Positions 28,519 to 42,824 of a DNA stretch of 64,000 nt are shown piece by piece. Every line of letters begins with the position of its first letter. Positions within the stretch are counted from its first letter, which is position 1. Location: the NCBI GenBank assembly GCA_964057225.1, contig OZ059900.1:19406001-19470000 (forward strand), in the 5' to 3' direction. The notes below the pieces were generated by a model, which saw nothing but the letters and a program-made list of their open reading frames with translations, was not told where the DNA came from and ran no database searches. Position numbers and translations under genes: made by a program. Source of the DNA: Auanema rhodensis (Eukaryota; Animalia; Nematoda).

Positions 28519-29543
28519 TTCATTGACATTGCATGAGTTTGAACACATGAAATCGTAAGTCAAAACCTTGTTTACAGCGAACTTTCCAAAAACTGGTTTT
28601 CCAGCATAATAAAATATTTCTCATGGGAAATACTGTGTTTTTGTATTTTTATAGTGTTCAGCATGTAAAAAGCTTCATTTTAGTATGTAACACCCTGAAA
28701 TTCGTTTCATTTGACGACTCATATGAACAAAAATCGATTTAATCAATATTAGCCATAAGGGGCGTGCCCTCAGAATATGCTAATTTCCTTAATTTTCTAA
28801 CCCCTGTTTTTTTGTCGTGAAAGTGGAACTAGACGTTGTAGGAACAATTTTGAGCAAGGTTTCATTGACATTGCATGAGTTTGAACACATGAAATCGTAA
28901 GTCAAAACCTTGTTTACAGCGAAATTTCCAAAAACTGGTTTTCCAGCATAATAAAATATTTCTCATGGGAAATACTGTGTTTTTGTATTTTTCTAGTGTT
29001 CAGCATGTGAAATACTTCATTTTAGTATGTAACACGCTGAAATTCGTTGCATTTGACGACTCATATGAACAAAAATCGATTTAATCAATATTAGCCATAA
29101 GGGGCGTGCCCTCAGAATATGCTAATTTCCTTAATTTTCTAACCCCTGTTTTTTTGTCGTGAAAGTGGAATTAGACGTTGTAGGAACAATTTTGAGCTAG
29201 GTTTCATTGACATTGCATGAGTTTGAACACATGAAATCGTAAGTCAAAACCTTGTTTACAGCGAAATTTCCAAAAACTGGTTTTCCAGCATAATAAAATA
29301 TTTCTCATGGGAAATACTGTGTTTTTGTATTTTTCTAGTGTTCAGCATGTAAAATACTCCATTATAGTATGTAACACGCTGAAATTCGTTGCATTTGACG
29401 ACTCATATGAACAAAAATCGATTTAATCAATATAAGCCATAAGGGGCGTGCCCTCAGAATATGCTAATTTCCTTAATTTTCTAACCCCTGTTTTTTGTCG
29501 TGAAAGTGGAACTAGACGTTGTAGGAACAATTTTGAGCTAGGT

Positions 29544-29824
29544 TTCATTGACATTGCATGAGTTCGAACACATGAAATCGTAAGTCAAAACCTTGTTTAC
29601 AGCGAAATTTCCAAAAACTGTTCAGCATGTAAAATGCTTCATTTTAGTATGTAACACGCTAAAATTCGTTGCATTTGACGACTCATATGAACAAAAATCG
29701 ATTTAATCAATATTAGCCATAAGGGGCGTGCCCTCAGAATATGCTAATTTCCTTAATTTTCTAACCCCTGTTTTTTTGTCGTGAAAGTGGAATTAGACGT
29801 TGTAGGAACAATTTTGAGCTAGGT
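29544..29824 (+). repeat. 281-bp deletion monomer, copy 4
   Basis: Same junction at 29620/29621; carries GTTCGAAC and GCTAAAA. Confidence 0.97.
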
Positions 29825-32800
29825 TTCATTGACATTGCATGAGTTTGAACACATGAAATCGTAAGTCAAAACCTTGTTTACAGCGAAATTTCCAAAAACT
29901 GGTTTTCCAGCATAATAAAATATTTCTCATGGGAAATACTGTGTTTTTGTATTTTTATAGTGTTCAGCATGTAAAATGCTTCATTTTAGTATGTAACACG
30001 CTGAAATTCGTTGCATTTGACGACTCATATGAACAAAAATCGATTTAATCAATATAAGCCATAAGGGGCGTGCCCTCAGAATATGCTAATTTCCTTAATT
30101 TTCTAACCCCTGTTTTTTGTCGTGAAAGTGGAACTAGACGTTGTAGGAACAATTTTGAGCTAGGTTTCATTGACATTGCATGAGTTTGAACACATGAAAT
30201 CGTAAGTCAAAACCTTGTTTACAGCGAAATTTCCAAAAACTGGTTTTCCAGCATAATAAAATATTTCTCATAGGAAATACTGTGTTTTTGTATTTTTCTA
30301 GTGTTCAGCATGTAAAATACTTCATTTTAGTATGTAACACGCTGAAATTCGTTGCATTTGACGACTCATATGAACAAAAATCGATTTAATCAATATTAGC
30401 CATAAGGGGCGTGCCCTCAGAATATGCTAATTTCCTTAATTTTCTAACCCCTGTTTTTTTGTCGTGAAAGTGGAATTAGACGTTGTAGGAACAATTTTGA
30501 GCTAGGTTTCATTGACATTGCATGAGTTTGAACACATGAAATCGTAAGTCAAAACCTTGTTTACAGCGAAATTTCCAAAAACTGGTTTTCCAGCATAATA
30601 AAATATTTCTCATGGGAAATACTGTGTTTTTGTATTTTTCTAGTGTTCAGCATGTAAAATGCTTCATTTTAGTATGTAACACGCTGAAATTCGTTGCATT
30701 TGACGACTCATATGAACAAAAATCGATTTAATCAATATTAGCCATAAGGGGCGTGCCCTCAGAATATGCTAATTTCCTAAATTTTCTAACCCCTGTTTTT
30801 TTGTCGTGAAAGTGGAACTAGACGTTGTAGGAACAATTTTGAGCTAGGTTTCATTGACATTGCATGAGTTTGAACACATGAAATCGTAAGTCAAAACCTT
30901 GTTTACAGCGAAATTTCCAAAAACTGGTTTTCCAGCATAATAAAATATTTCTCATGGGAAAAACTGTGTTTTTGTATTTTTCTAGTGTTCAGCTTGTAAA
31001 ATGCTTCATTTTAGTATGTAACACGCTGAAATTTGTTGCATTTGACGACTCATATGAACAAAAATCGATTTAATCAATATTAGCCATAAGGGGCGTGCCC
31101 TCAGAATATGCTAATTTCCTTAATTTTCTAACCCCTGTTTTTTTGTCGTGAAAGTGGAACTAGACGTTGTACGAACAATTTTGAGCTAGGTTTCATTGAC
31201 ATTGCATGAGTTTGAACACATGAAATCGTAAGTCAAAACCTTGTTTACAGCGAAATTTCCAAAAACTGGTTTTCCAGCATAATAAAATATTTCTCATGGG
31301 AAATACTGTGTTTTTGTATTTTTCTAGTGTTCAGCATGTAAAATGCTTCATTTTAGTATGTAACACGCTAAAATTCGTTGCATTTGACGACTCATATGAA
31401 CAAAAATCGATTTAATCAATATTAGCCATAAGGGGCGTGCCCTCAGAATATGCTAATTTCCTTAATTTTCTAACCCCTGTTTTTTTGTCGTGAAAGTGGA
31501 ATTAGACGTTGTAGGAACAATTTTGAGCTAGGTTTCATTGACATTGCATGAGTTTGAGCACATGAAATCGTAAGTCAAAACCTTGTTTACAGCGAAATTT
31601 CCAAAAACTGGTTTTCCAGAATAATAAAATATTTCTCATGGGAAATACTGTGTTTTTGTATTTTTCTAGTGTTCAGCATGTAAAATACTTCATTTTAGTA
31701 TGTAACACGCTGAAATTCGTTGCATTTGACGACTCATATGAACAAAAATCGATTTAATCAATATTAGCCATAAGGGGCGTGCCCTCAGAATATGCTAATT
31801 TCCTTAATTTTCTAACCCCTGTTTTTTTGTCGTGAAAGTGGAACTAGACGTTGTACGAACAATTTTGAGCTAGGTTTCATTGACATTGCATGAGTTTGAA
31901 CACATGAAATCGTAAGTCAAAACCTTGTTTACAGCGAAATTTCCAAAAACTGGTTTTCCAGCATAATAAAATATTTCTCATGGGAAATACTGTGTTTTTG
32001 TATTTTTCTAGTGTTCAGCATGTAAAATGCTTCATTTTAGTATGTAACACGCTAAAATTCGTTGCATTTGACGACTCATATGAACAAAAATCGATTTAAT
32101 CAATATTAGCCATAAGGGGCGTGCCCTCAGAATATGCTAATTTCCTTAATTTTCTAACCCCTGTTTTTTTGTCGTGAAAGTGGAATTAGACGTTGTAGGA
32201 ACAATTTTGAGCTAGGTTTCATTGACATTGCATGAGTTTGAGCACATGAAATCGTAAGTCAAAACCTTGTTTACAGCGAAATTTCCAAAAACTGGTTTTC
32301 CAGCATAATAAAATATTTCTCATGGGAAATACTGTGTTTTTGTATTTTTCTAGTGTTCAGCATGTAAAATACTTCATTTTAGTATGTAACACGCTGAAAT
32401 TCGTTGCATTTGACGACTCATATGAACAAAAATCGATTTAATCAATATTAGCCATAAGGGGCGTGCCCTCAGAATATGCTAATTTCCTTAATTTTCTAAC
32501 CCCTGTTTTTTTGTCGTGAAAGTGGAATTAGACGTTGTAGGAACAATTTTGAGCTAGGTTTCATTGACATTGCATGAGTTTGAACACATGAAATCGTAAG
32601 TCAAAACCTTGTTTACAGCGAAATTTCCAAAAACTGGTTTTCCAGCATAATAAAATATTTCTCATGGGAAATACTGTGTTTTTGTATTTTTCTAGTGTTC
32701 AGCATGTAAAATGCTTCATTTTAGTATGTAACACGCTGAAATTCGTTGCATTTGACGACTCATATGAACAAAAATCGATTTAATCAATATTAGCCATAAG

Positions 32801-35800
32801 GGGCGTGCCCTCAGAATATGCTAATTTCCTTAATTTTCTAACCCCTGTTTTTTGTCGTGAAAGTGGAACTAGACGTTGTAGGAACAATTTTGAGCTAGGT
32901 TTCATTGACATTGCATGAGTTTGAACACATGAAATCGTAAGTCAAAACCTTGTTTACAGCGAAATTTCCAAAAACTGGTTTTCCAGCATAATAAAATATT
33001 TCTCATGGGAAATACTGTGTTTTTGTATTTTTCTAGTGTTCAGCATGTAAAATACTTCATTTTAGTATGTAACACGCTGAAATTCGTTGCATTTGACGAC
33101 TCATATGAACAAAAATCGATTTAATCAATATTAGCCATAAGGGGCGTGCCCTCAGAATATGCTAATTTCCTTAATTTTCTAACCCCTGTTTTTTTGTCGT
33201 GAAAGTGGAATTAGACGTTGTACGAACAATTTTGAGCTAGGTTTCATTGACATTGCATGAGTTTGAACACATGAAATCGTAAGTCAAAACCTTGTTTACA
33301 GCGAACTTTCCAAAAACTGGTTTTCCAGCATAATAAAATATTTCTCATGGGAAATACTGTGTTTTTGTATTTTTATAGTGTTCAGCATGTAAAATGCTTC
33401 ATTTTAGTATGTAACACCCTGAAATTCGTTTCATTTGACGACTCATATGAACAAAAATCGATTTAATCAATATTAGCCATAAGGGGCGTGCCCTCAGAAT
33501 ATGCTAATTTCCTTAATTTTCTAACCCCTGTTTTTTTGTCGTGAAAGTGGAACTAGACGTTGTACGAACAATTTTGAGTTAGGTTTCATTGACATTGCAT
33601 GAGTTTGAACACATGAAATCGTAAGTCAAAACCTTGTTTACAGCGAAATTTCCAAAAACTGGTTTTCCAGCATAATAAAATATTTCTCATGAGAAATACT
33701 GTGTTTTTGTATTTTTCTAGTGTTCAGCATGTAAAATGCTTCATTTCAGTATGTAACACGCTGAAACTTGTTGCATTTGACGACTCATATGAACAAAAAT
33801 CGATTTAATCAATATTAGCCATAAGGGGCGTGCCCTCAGAATATGCTAATTTCCTTAATTTTCTAACCCCTGTTTTTTTGTCGTGAAAGTGGAACTAGAC
33901 GTTGTACGAACAATTTTGAGCTAGGTTTCATTGACATTGCATGAGTTTGAACACATGAAATCGTAAGTCAAAACCTTGTTTACAGCGAAATTTCCAAAAA
34001 CTGGTTTTCCAGCATAATAAAATATTTCTCATGGGAAATACTGTGTTTTTGTATTTTTCTAGTGTTCAGCATGTAAAATGATTCATTTTAGTATGTAACA
34101 CGCTGAAATTTGTTGCATTTGACGACTCATATGAACAAAAATCGATTTAATCAATATTAGCCATAAGGGGCGTGCCCTCAGAATATGCTAATTTCCTTAA
34201 TTTTCTAACCCCTGTTTTTTTGTCGTGAAAGTGGAACTAGACGTTGTACGAACAATTTTGAGCTAGGTTTCATTGACATTGCATGAGTTTGAACACATGA
34301 AATCGTAAGTCAAAACCTTGTTTACAGCGAAATTTCCAAAAACTGGTTTTCCAGCATAATAAAATATTTCTCATGGGAAATACTGTGTTTTTGTATTTTT
34401 CTAGTGTTCAGCATGTAAAATGCTTCATTTTAGTATGTAACACGCTGAAATTCGTTGCATTTGACGACTCATATGAACAAAAATCGATTTAATCAATATT
34501 AGCCATAAGAGGCGTGCCCTCAGAATATGCTAATTTCCTTAATTTTCTAACCCCTGTTTTTTTGTCGTGAAAGTGGAACTAGACGTTGTAGGAACAATTT
34601 TGAGCTAGGTTTCATTGACATTGCATGAGTTTGAACACATGAAATCGTAAGTCAAAAACTTGTTTACAGCGAAATTTCCAAAAACTGGTTTTCCAGCATA
34701 ATAAAATATTTCTCATGGGAAATACTGTGTTTTTGTATTTTTCTAGTGTTCAGCATGTGAAATGCTTCATTTTAGTATGTAACACGCTGAAATTCGTTGC
34801 ATTTGACGACTCATATGAACAAAAATCGATTTAATCAATATTAGCCATAAGCTGCGTGCCCTCAGAATATGCTAATTTCCTTAATTTTCTAACCCCTGTT
34901 TTTTTGTCGTGAAAGTGGAACTAGACGTTGTAGGAACAATTTTGAGCTAGGTTTCATTGACATTGCATGAGTTTGAACACATGAAATCGTAAGTCAAAAC
35001 CTTGTTTACAGCGAAATTTCCAAAAACTGGTTTTCCAGCATAATAAAATATTTCTCATGGGAAATACTGTGTTTTTGTATTTTTCTAGTGTTCAGCATGT
35101 AAAATGCTTCATTTTAGTATGTAACACGCTGAAATTCGTTGCATTTGACGACTCATATGAACAAAAATCGATTTAATCAATATTAGCCATAAGGGGCGTG
35201 CCCTCAGAATATGCTAATTTCCTTAATTTTCTAACCCCTGTTTTTTTTGTCGTGAAAGTGGAACTAGACGTTGTAGGAACAATTTTGAGCTAGGTTTCAT
35301 TGACATTGCATGAGTTTGAACACATGAAATCGTAAGTCAAAACCTTGTTTACAGCGAAATTTCCAAAAACTGGTTTTCCAGCATAATAAAATATTTCTCA
35401 TGGGAAATACTGTGTTTTTGTAATTTTATAGTGTTCAGCATGTAAAATGCTTCATTTTAGTATGTAACACGCTGAAATTAATTGCATTTGACGACTCATA
35501 TGAACAAAAATCGATTTAATCAATATTAGCCATAAGGGGCGTGCCCTCAGATTATGCTAATTTCCTTAATTTTCTAACCCCTGTTTTGTTGTCGTGAAAG
35601 TGGAACTAGACGTTGTAGGAACAATTTTGAGCTAGGTTTCATTGACATTGCATGAGTTTGAACACATGAAATCGTAAGTCAAAACCTTGTTTACAGCGAA
35701 ATTTCCAAAAACTGGTTTTCCAGCATAATAAAATATTTCTCATGGGAAATACTGTGTTTTTGTATTTTTATAGTGTTCAGCATGTAAAATGTTTCATTTT

Positions 35801-37348
35801 AGTATGTAACACGCTGAAATTCGTTGCATTTGACGACTCATATGAACAAAAATCGATTTAATCAATATAAGCCATAAAGGGCGTGCCCTCAGAATCTGCT
35901 AATTTCCTTAATTTTCTAACCCCTGTTTTTTTGTCGTGAAAGTGGAACTAGACGTTGTAGGAACAATTTTGAGCTAGATTTCATTGACATTGCATGAGTT
36001 TGAACACATGAAATCGTAAGTCAAAACCTTGTTTACAGCGAAATTTCCAAAAACTCGTTTTCCAGCATAATAAAATATTTCTCATGGGAAATACTGTGTT
36101 TTTGTATTTTTTTAGTGTTCAGCATGTAAAATGCTTCATTTTAGTATGTGACACGCTGAAATTAATTGCATTTGACGACTCATATGAACAAAAATCGATT
36201 TAATCAATATTAGCCATAAGGGGCGTGCCCTCAGATTATGCTAATTTCCTCAATTTTCTAACCCCTGTTTTTTTGTCGTGAAAGTGGAACTAGACGTTGT
36301 ACGAACAATTTTGAGCTAGGTTTCATTGACATTGCATGAGTTTGAACACATGAAATCGTAAGTCAAAACCTTGTTTACAGCGAAATTTCCAAAAACTGGT
36401 TTTCCAGCATAATAAAATATTTCTCATGGGAAATACTGTGTTTTTGTATTTTTCTAGTGTTCAGCATGTGAAATGCTTCATTTTAGTATGTAACACGCTG
36501 AAATTCGTTGCATTTGACGACTCATATGAACAAAAATCGATTTAATCAATATTAGCCATAAGGGGCGTGCCCTCAGAATATGCTAATTTCCTTAATTTTC
36601 TAACCCCTGTTTTTTTGTCGTGAAAGTGGAACTAGACGTTGTAGGAACAATTTTGAGCTAGGTTTCATTGACATTGCATGAGTTTGAACACATGAAATCG
36701 TAAGTCAAAACCTTGTTTACAGCGAAATTTCCAAAAACTGGTTTTCCAGCATAATAAAATATTTCTCATGGGAAATACTGTGTTTTTGTATTTTTCTAGT
36801 GTTCAGCATGTAAAATGCTTCATTTTAGTATGTGACACGCTGAAATTAATTGCATTTGACGACTCATATGAACAAAAATCGATTTAATCAATATTAGCCA
36901 TAAGAGGCGTGCCCTCAGAATATGCTAATTTCCTTAATTTTCTAACCCCTGTTTTTTTGTCGTGAAAGTGGAACTAGACGTTGTAGGAACAATTTTGAGC
37001 TAGGTTTCATTGACATTGCATGAGTTTGAACACATGAAATCGTAAGTCAAAACCTTGTTTACAGCGAAATTTCCAAAAACTGGTTTTCCAGCATAATAAA
37101 ATATTTCTCATGGGAAATACTGTGTTTTTGTATTTTTCTAGTGTTCAGCATGTAAAATGTTTCATTTTAGTATGTAACACGCTGAAATTCGTTGCATTTG
37201 ACGACTCATATGAACAAAAATCGATTTAATCAATATTAGCCATAAGGGGCGTGCCCTCAGAATATGCTAATTTCCTTAATTTTCTAACCCCTGTTTTTTT
37301 TGTCGTGAAAGTGGAACTAGACGTTGTAGGAACAATTTTGAGCTAGGT

Positions 37349-40300
37349 TTCATTGACATTGCATGAGTTTGAACACATGAAATCGTAAGTCAAAACCTTG
37401 TTTACAGCGAAATTTCCAAAAACTGGTTTTCCAGCATAATAAAATATTTCTCATGGGAAATACTGTGTTTTTGTATTTTTATAGTGTTCAGCATGTAAAA
37501 TGCTTCATTTTAGTATGTAACACGCTGAAATTCGTTGCATTTGACGACTCATATGAACAAAAATCGATTTAATCAATATTAGCCATAAGAGGCGTGCCCT
37601 CAGAATATGCTAATTTCCTTAATTTTCTAACCCCTGTTTTTTGTCGTGAAAGTGGAACTAGACGTTGTAGGAACAATTTTGAGCTAGGTTTCATTGACAT
37701 TGCATGAGTTTGAACACATGAAATCGTAAGTCAAAACCTTGTTTACAGCGAAATTTCCAAAAACTGGTTTTCCAGCATAATAAAATATTTCTCATGGGAA
37801 ATACTGTGTTTTTGTATTTTTATAGTGTTCAGCATGTAAAATGCTTCATTTTAGTATGTAACACGCTGAAATTCGTTGCATTTGACGACTCATATGAACA
37901 AAAATCGATTTAATCAATATTAGCCATAAGAGGCGTGCCCTCAGAATATGCTAATTTCCTTAATTTTCTAACCCCTGTTTTTTTGTCGTGAAAGTGGAAC
38001 TAGACGTTGTAGGAACAATTTTGAGCTAGGTTTCATTGACATTGCATGAGTTTGAACACATGAAATCGTAAGTCAAAAACTTGTTTACAGCGAAATTTCC
38101 AAAAACTGGTTTTCCAGCATAATAAAATATTTCTCATGGGAAATACTGTGTTTTTGTATTTTTCTAGTGTTCAGCATGTGAAATGCTTCATTTTAGTATG
38201 TAACACGCTGAAATTCGTTGCATTTGACGACTCATATGAACAAAAATCGATTTAATCAATATTAGCCATAAGGGGCGTGCCCTCAGAATATGCTAATTTC
38301 CTAAATTTTCTAACCCCTGTTTTTTTGTCGTGAAAGTGGAACTAGACGTTGTACGAACAATTTTGAGCTAGGTTTCATTGACATTGCATGAGTTTGAACA
38401 CATGAAATCGTAAGTCAAAACCTTGTTTACAGCGAAATTTCCAAAACCTGGTTTTCCAGCATAATAAAATATTTCTCATGGGAAATACTGTGTTTTTGTA
38501 TTTTTCTAGTGTTCAGCATGTAAAATGCTTCATTTTAGTATGTAACACGCTGAAATTCGTTGCATTTGACGACTCATATGAACAAAAATCGATTTAATCA
38601 ATATTAGCCATAAGGGGCGTGCCCTCAGAATATGCTAATTTCCTTAATTTTCTAACCCCTGTTTTTTTTTTTTTTATCGTGAAAGTGGAACTAGACGTTG
38701 TAGGAACAATTTTGAGCTAGGTTTCATTGACATTGCATGAGTTTGAACACATGAAATCGTAAGTCAAAACCTTGTTTACAGCGAAATTTCCAAAAACTGG
38801 TTTTCCAGCATAATAAAATATTTCTCATGGGAAATACTGTGTTTTTGTATTTTTATAGTGTTCAGCATGTAAAATGCTTCATTTTAGTATGTAACACGCT
38901 GAAATTCGTTGCATTTGACGACTCATATGAACAAAAATCGATTTAATCAATATTAGCCATAAGAGGCGTGCCCTCAGAATATGCTAATTTCCTTAATTTT
39001 CTAACCCCTGTTTTTTGTCGTGAAAGTGGAACTAGACGTTGTAGGAACAATTTTGAGCTAGGTTTCATTGACATTGCATGAGTTTGAACACATGAAATCG
39101 TAAGTCAAAACCTTGTTTACAGCGAAATTTCCAAAAACTGGTTTTCCAGCATAATAAAATATTTCTCATGGGAAATACTGTGTTTTTGTATTTTTATAGT
39201 GTTCAGCATGTAAAATGCTTCATTTTAGTATGTAACACGCTAAAATTCGTTGCATTTGACGACTCATATGAACAAAAATCGATTTAATCAATATTAGCCA
39301 TAAGAGGCGTGCCCTCAGAATATGCTAATTTCCTTAATTTTCTAACCCCTGTTTTTTTGTCGTGAAAGTGGAACTAGACGTTGTAGGAACAATTTTGAGC
39401 TAGGTTTCATTGACATTGCATGAGTTTGAACACATGAAATCGTAAGTCAAAAACTTGTTTACAGCGAAATTTCCAAAAACTGGTTTTCCAGCATAATAAA
39501 ATATTTCTCATGGGAAATACTGTGTTTTTGTATTTTTCTAGTGTTCAGCATGTGAAATGCTTCATTTTAGTATGTAACACGCTGAAATTCGTTGCATTTG
39601 ACGACTCATATGAACAAAAATCGATTTAATCAATATTAGCCATAAGGGGCGTGCCCTCAGAATATGCTAATTTCCTAAATTTTCTAACCCCTGTTTTTTT
39701 GTCGTGAAAGTGGAACTAGACGTTGTACGAACAATTTTGAGCTAGGTTTCATTGACATTGCATGAGTTTGAACACATGAAATCGTAAGTCAAAACCTTGT
39801 TTACAGCGAAATTTCCAAAACCTGGTTTTCCAGCATAATAAAATATTTCTCATGGGAAATACTGTGTTTTTGTATTTTTCTAGTGTTCAGCATGTAAAAT
39901 GCTTCATTTTAGTATGTAACACGCTGAAATTCGTTGCATTTGACGACTCATATGAACAAAAATCGATTTAATCAATATTAGCCATAAGGGGCGTGCCCTC
40001 AGAATATGCTAATTTCCTTAATTTTCTAACCCCTGTTTTTTTGTCGTGAAAGTGGAATTAGACGTTGTAGGAACAATTTTGAGCTAGGTTTCATTGACAT
40101 TGCATGAGTTTGAACACATGAAATCGTAAGTCAAAACCTTGTTTACAGCGAAATTTCCAAAAACTGGTTTTCCAGCATAATAAAATATTTCTCATGGGAA
40201 ATACTGTGTTTTTGTATTTTTCTAGTGTTCAGCATGTAAAATACTCCATTATAGTATGTAACACGCTGAAATTCGTTGCATTTGACGACTCATATGAACA

Positions 40301-42824
40301 AAAATCGATTTAATCAATATAAGCCATAAGGGGCGTGCCCTCAGAATATGCTAATTTCCTTAATTTTCTAACCCCTGTTTTTTGTCGTGAAAGTGGAACT
40401 AGACGTTGTAGGAACAATTTTGAGCTAGGTTTCATTGACATTGCATGAGTTTGAACACATGAAATCGTAAGTCAAAACCTTGTTTACAGCGAAATTTCCA
40501 AAAACTGGTTTTCCAGCATAATAAAATATTTCTCATGGGAAATACTGTGTTTTTGTATTTTTATAGTGTTCAGCATGTAAAATGTTTCATTTTAGTATGT
40601 AACACGCTGAAATTCGTTGCATTTGACGACTCATATGAACAAAAATCGATTTAATCAATATTAGCCATAAGAGGCGTGCCCTCAGAATATGCTAATTTCC
40701 TTAATTTTCTAACCCCTGTTTTTTTGTCGTGAAAGTGGAACTAGACGTTGTAGGAACAATTTTGAGCTAGGTTTCATTGACATTGCATGAGTTTGAACAC
40801 ATGAAATCGTAAGTCAAAAACTTGTTTACAGCGAAATTTCCAAAAACTGGTTTTCCAGCATAATAAAATATTTCTCATGGGAAATACTGTGTTTTTGTAT
40901 TTTTCTAGTGTTCAGCATGTGAAATGCTTCATTTTAGTATGTAACACGCTGAAATTCGTTGCATTTGACGACTCATATGAACAAAAATCGATTTAATCAA
41001 TATTAGCCATAAGGGGCGTGCCCTCAGAATATGCTAATTTCCTAAATTTTCTAACCCCTGTTTTTTTGTCGTGAAAGTGGAACTAGACGTTGTACGAACA
41101 ATTTTGAGCTAGGTTTCATTGACATTGCATGAGTTTGAACACATGAAATCGTAAGTCAAAACCTTGTTTACAGCGAAATTTCCAAAACCTGGTTTTCCAG
41201 CATAATAAAATATTTCTCATGGGAAATACTGTGTTTTTGTATTTTTCTAGTGTTCAGCATGTAAAATGCTTCATTTTAGTATGTAACACGCTGAAATTCG
41301 TTGCATTTGACGACTCATATGAACAAAAATCGATTTAATCAATATTAGCCATAAGGGGCGTGCCCTCAGAATATGCTAATTTCCTTAATTTTCTAACCCC
41401 TGTTTTTTTTGTCGTGAAAGTGGAACTAGACGTTGTAGGAACAATTTTGAGCTAGGTTTCATTGACATTGCATGAGTTTGAACACATGAAATCGTAAGTC
41501 AAAACCTTGTTTACAGCGAAATTTCCAAAAACTGGTTTTCCAGCATAATAAAATATTTCTCATGGGAAATACTGTGTTTTTGTATTTTTATAGTGTTCAG
41601 CATGTAAAATGCTTCATTTTAGTATGTAACACGCTGAAATTCGTTGCATTTGACGACTCATATGAACAAAAATCGATTTAATCAATATTAGCCATAAGAG
41701 GCGTGCCCTCAGAATATGCTAATTTCCTTAATTTTCTAACCCCTGTTTTTTGTCGTGAAAGTGGAACTAGACGTTGTAGGAACAATTTTGAGCTAGGTTT
41801 CATTGACATTGCATGAGTTTGAACACATGAAATCGTAAGTCAAAACCTTGTTTACAGCGAAATTTCCAAAAACTGGTTTTCCAGCATAATAAAATATTTC
41901 TCATGGGAAATACTGTGTTTTTGTATTTTTATAGTGTTCAGCATGTAAAATGCTTCATTTTAGTATGTAACACGCTGAAATTCGTTGCATTTGACGACTC
42001 ATATGAACAAAAATCGATTTAATCAATATTAGCCATAAGAGGCGTGCCCTCAGAATATGCTAATTTCCTTAATTTTCTAACCCCTGTTTTTTTGTCGTGA
42101 AAGTGGAACTAGACGTTGTAGGAACAATTTTGAGCTAGGTTTCATTGACATTGCATGAGTTTGAACACATGAAATCGTAAGTCAAAAACTTGTTTACAGC
42201 GAAATTTCCAAAAACTGGTTTTCCAGCATAATAAAATATTTCTCATGGGAAATACTGTGTTTTTGTATTTTTCTAGTGTTCAGCATGTGAAATGCTTCAT
42301 TTTAGTATGTAACACGCTGAAATTCGTTGCATTTGACGACTCATACGAACAAAAATCGATTTAATCAATATTAGCCATAAGGGGCGTGCCCTCAGAATAT
42401 GCTAATTTCCTAAATTTTCTAACCCCTGTTTTTTTGTCGTGAAAGTGGAACTAGACGTTGTACGAACAATTTTGAGCTAGGTTTCATTGACATTGCATGA
42501 GTTTGAACACATGAAATCGTAAGTCAAAACCTTGTTTACAGCGAAATTTCCAAAACCTGGTTTTCCAGCATAATAAAATATTTCTCATGGGAAATACTGT
42601 GTTTTTGTATTTTTCTAGTGTTCAGCATGTAAAATGCTTCATTTTAGTATGTAACACGCTGAAATTCGTTGCATTTGACGACTCATATGAACAAAAATCG
42701 ATTTAATCAATATTAGCCATAAGGGGCGTGCCCTCAGAATATGCTAATTTCCTTAATTTTCTAACCCCTGTTTTTTTGTCGTGAAAGTGGAACTAGACGT
42801 TGTACGAACAATTTTGAGCTAGGT
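37349..42824 (+). repeat. 4-monomer HOR (~1368 bp), four copies
   Basis: AAACCTGG monomers at 38374, 39748, 41115 and 42483. Each is preceded by a GTCAAAAACTT/GTGAAATG monomer and by AAGAGGCG monomer(s). Confidence 0.9.

Larger units (their letters stand above)
22551..31875 (+). repeat. 10-monomer HOR (3357 bp): full copies at 22551-25907 and 28519-31875, rearranged 8-monomer copy at 25908-28518
   Basis: Same order of diagnostic monomers: GAACTTT/CACCCT, GTGAAATAC, TACTCCATTATAG, 61-bp deletion, ATATAAGCC, CATAGGA, CCTAAA, AGCTTGT, GCTAAAA, TTTGAGCAC. Confidence 0.88.
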
